From a virus (Duplodnaviria > Caudoviricetes), in IMG/VR virus record IMGVR_UViG_2788500332_000005, positions 3,633 to 67,632 of that record: a stretch of DNA of 64,000 bases, one strand, 5' to 3'. The notes under the pieces are model-generated. The model saw nothing but the letters and a program-made list of their open reading frames with translations, ran no database searches and was not told the DNA's origin. Positions 63,531 to 64,000 of this stretch are shown here, in pieces (the stretch's first letter is position 1; each line of letters begins with the position of its first letter). The translations under genes and the position numbers were made by a program.

Positions 63531-63753
63531 GACCGGCCGCCAGAACGCCGGGGTGAGCCTGCCGGCGCTTCCGACGCGCTGCCGCGACAACATGCCGCGC
63601 GTCACGCCTAAGGCTGGCGAGAAGTGGCGAGCCGTGCAAGGGCGCTGGCAGATCGTCGCCGACAATGAGGATCGGAGGACGAGCGATTGCGCGGCCTTCT
63701 ATGACCAAGTGAGGGCCGGCTTCGCTGGCGAGGGTGCATCTGATGGACGATGA
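63454..63753 (+). CDS. o-spanin lipoprotein (Rz1-like)
   Basis: MVVASLLTILSGC lipobox, overlapping the 3' end of Rz. Confidence 0.75.
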   Translation: MVVASLLTILSGCGNLEARLTAAATETGRQNAGVSLPALPTRCRDNMPRVTPKAGEKWRAVQGRWQIVADNEDRRTSDCAAFYDQVRAGFAGEGASDGR

Positions 63754-64000
63754 AGACGTCAAGGCAGTCGCTCGCGCTGCGGCGAAAGAGGCAGTCGCGG
63801 AGGTCTTCCTCGCGCTCGGCATTTCGATCGAAAGCCCGGACGCGGTGATCGAGGCGCAGGCCGACTTTCGGTTCACCCGGGACTTCCGCAAATCGACCGA
63901 CGCGGTGAAGCGCCAAGGCCTCCTGACGATGACGATTCTTCTGGTGAGTGGATTCGCCGGGCTGGTGTGGATGGCGATTCGAGGATCCGGGCCGCACTGA
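63734..64000 (+). CDS. membrane protein with a C-terminal TM helix
   Basis: 88 aa, ends at the last base of the window. Confidence 0.6.
   Translation: MHLMDDEDVKAVARAAAKEAVAEVFLALGISIESPDAVIEAQADFRFTRDFRKSTDAVKRQGLLTMTILLVSGFAGLVWMAIRGSGPH

Noticed and set aside
1-64000. Integrase, att site, transposase or intron
   Set aside because: I recognised no tyrosine/serine recombinase, DDE transposase or reverse transcriptase motifs; they may lie outside the window.

Overview
The window is most of the genome of a GC-rich temperate-type siphophage or prophage, most likely of an alphaproteobacterial host (GapR-like gene, DUF6456-like regulator). No integrase is visible in the window. Left to right: a leftward early/recombination operon (AAA ATPase cut by the window edge, GapR-like protein, RecT-like annealase, YqaJ nuclease) and an XRE repressor; a rightward replication block (DnaB, initiator with iteron-like repeats, Q-like regulator); a long, mostly leftward accessory region (10.6-29.9 kb); terminase/portal/head genes interrupted by a 1438-aa polyvalent protein, an antirepressor island and an ncRNA locus; a lambda-like tail (tube, frameshifted chaperone, TMP, M/L/K/I/J, fibre); and a lysis cassette. 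Main non-routine observations: (1) a 190-aa RAMP/Cas7-like gene flanked by three short arrays of (constant triplet + variable dinucleotide) 5-nt units. One array, read as a gapped code that skips every third base, is compatible with the ImmA/IrrE motif RFTIAHELGHY, which suggests a VIPR-like programmable RNA-guided system. (2) Four tandem Y-RNA-like genes, two with permuted tRNA-like domains, upstream of a truncated Ro60/Rsr gene, with RtcB 7 kb away. (3) A Nudix + 2H phosphoesterase + kinase-like + ADP-ribosyltransferase polyprotein in the head cluster. (4) An aberrant tRNA-Met(CAT) followed by about 250 nt of hairpin-rich non-coding sequence. (5) About 17 copies of a palindromic operator, (A/C)TCAT-N4-ATGA(T/G/C), at promoters across the genome. 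All family assignments come from motif recognition by eye; no database searches were run.
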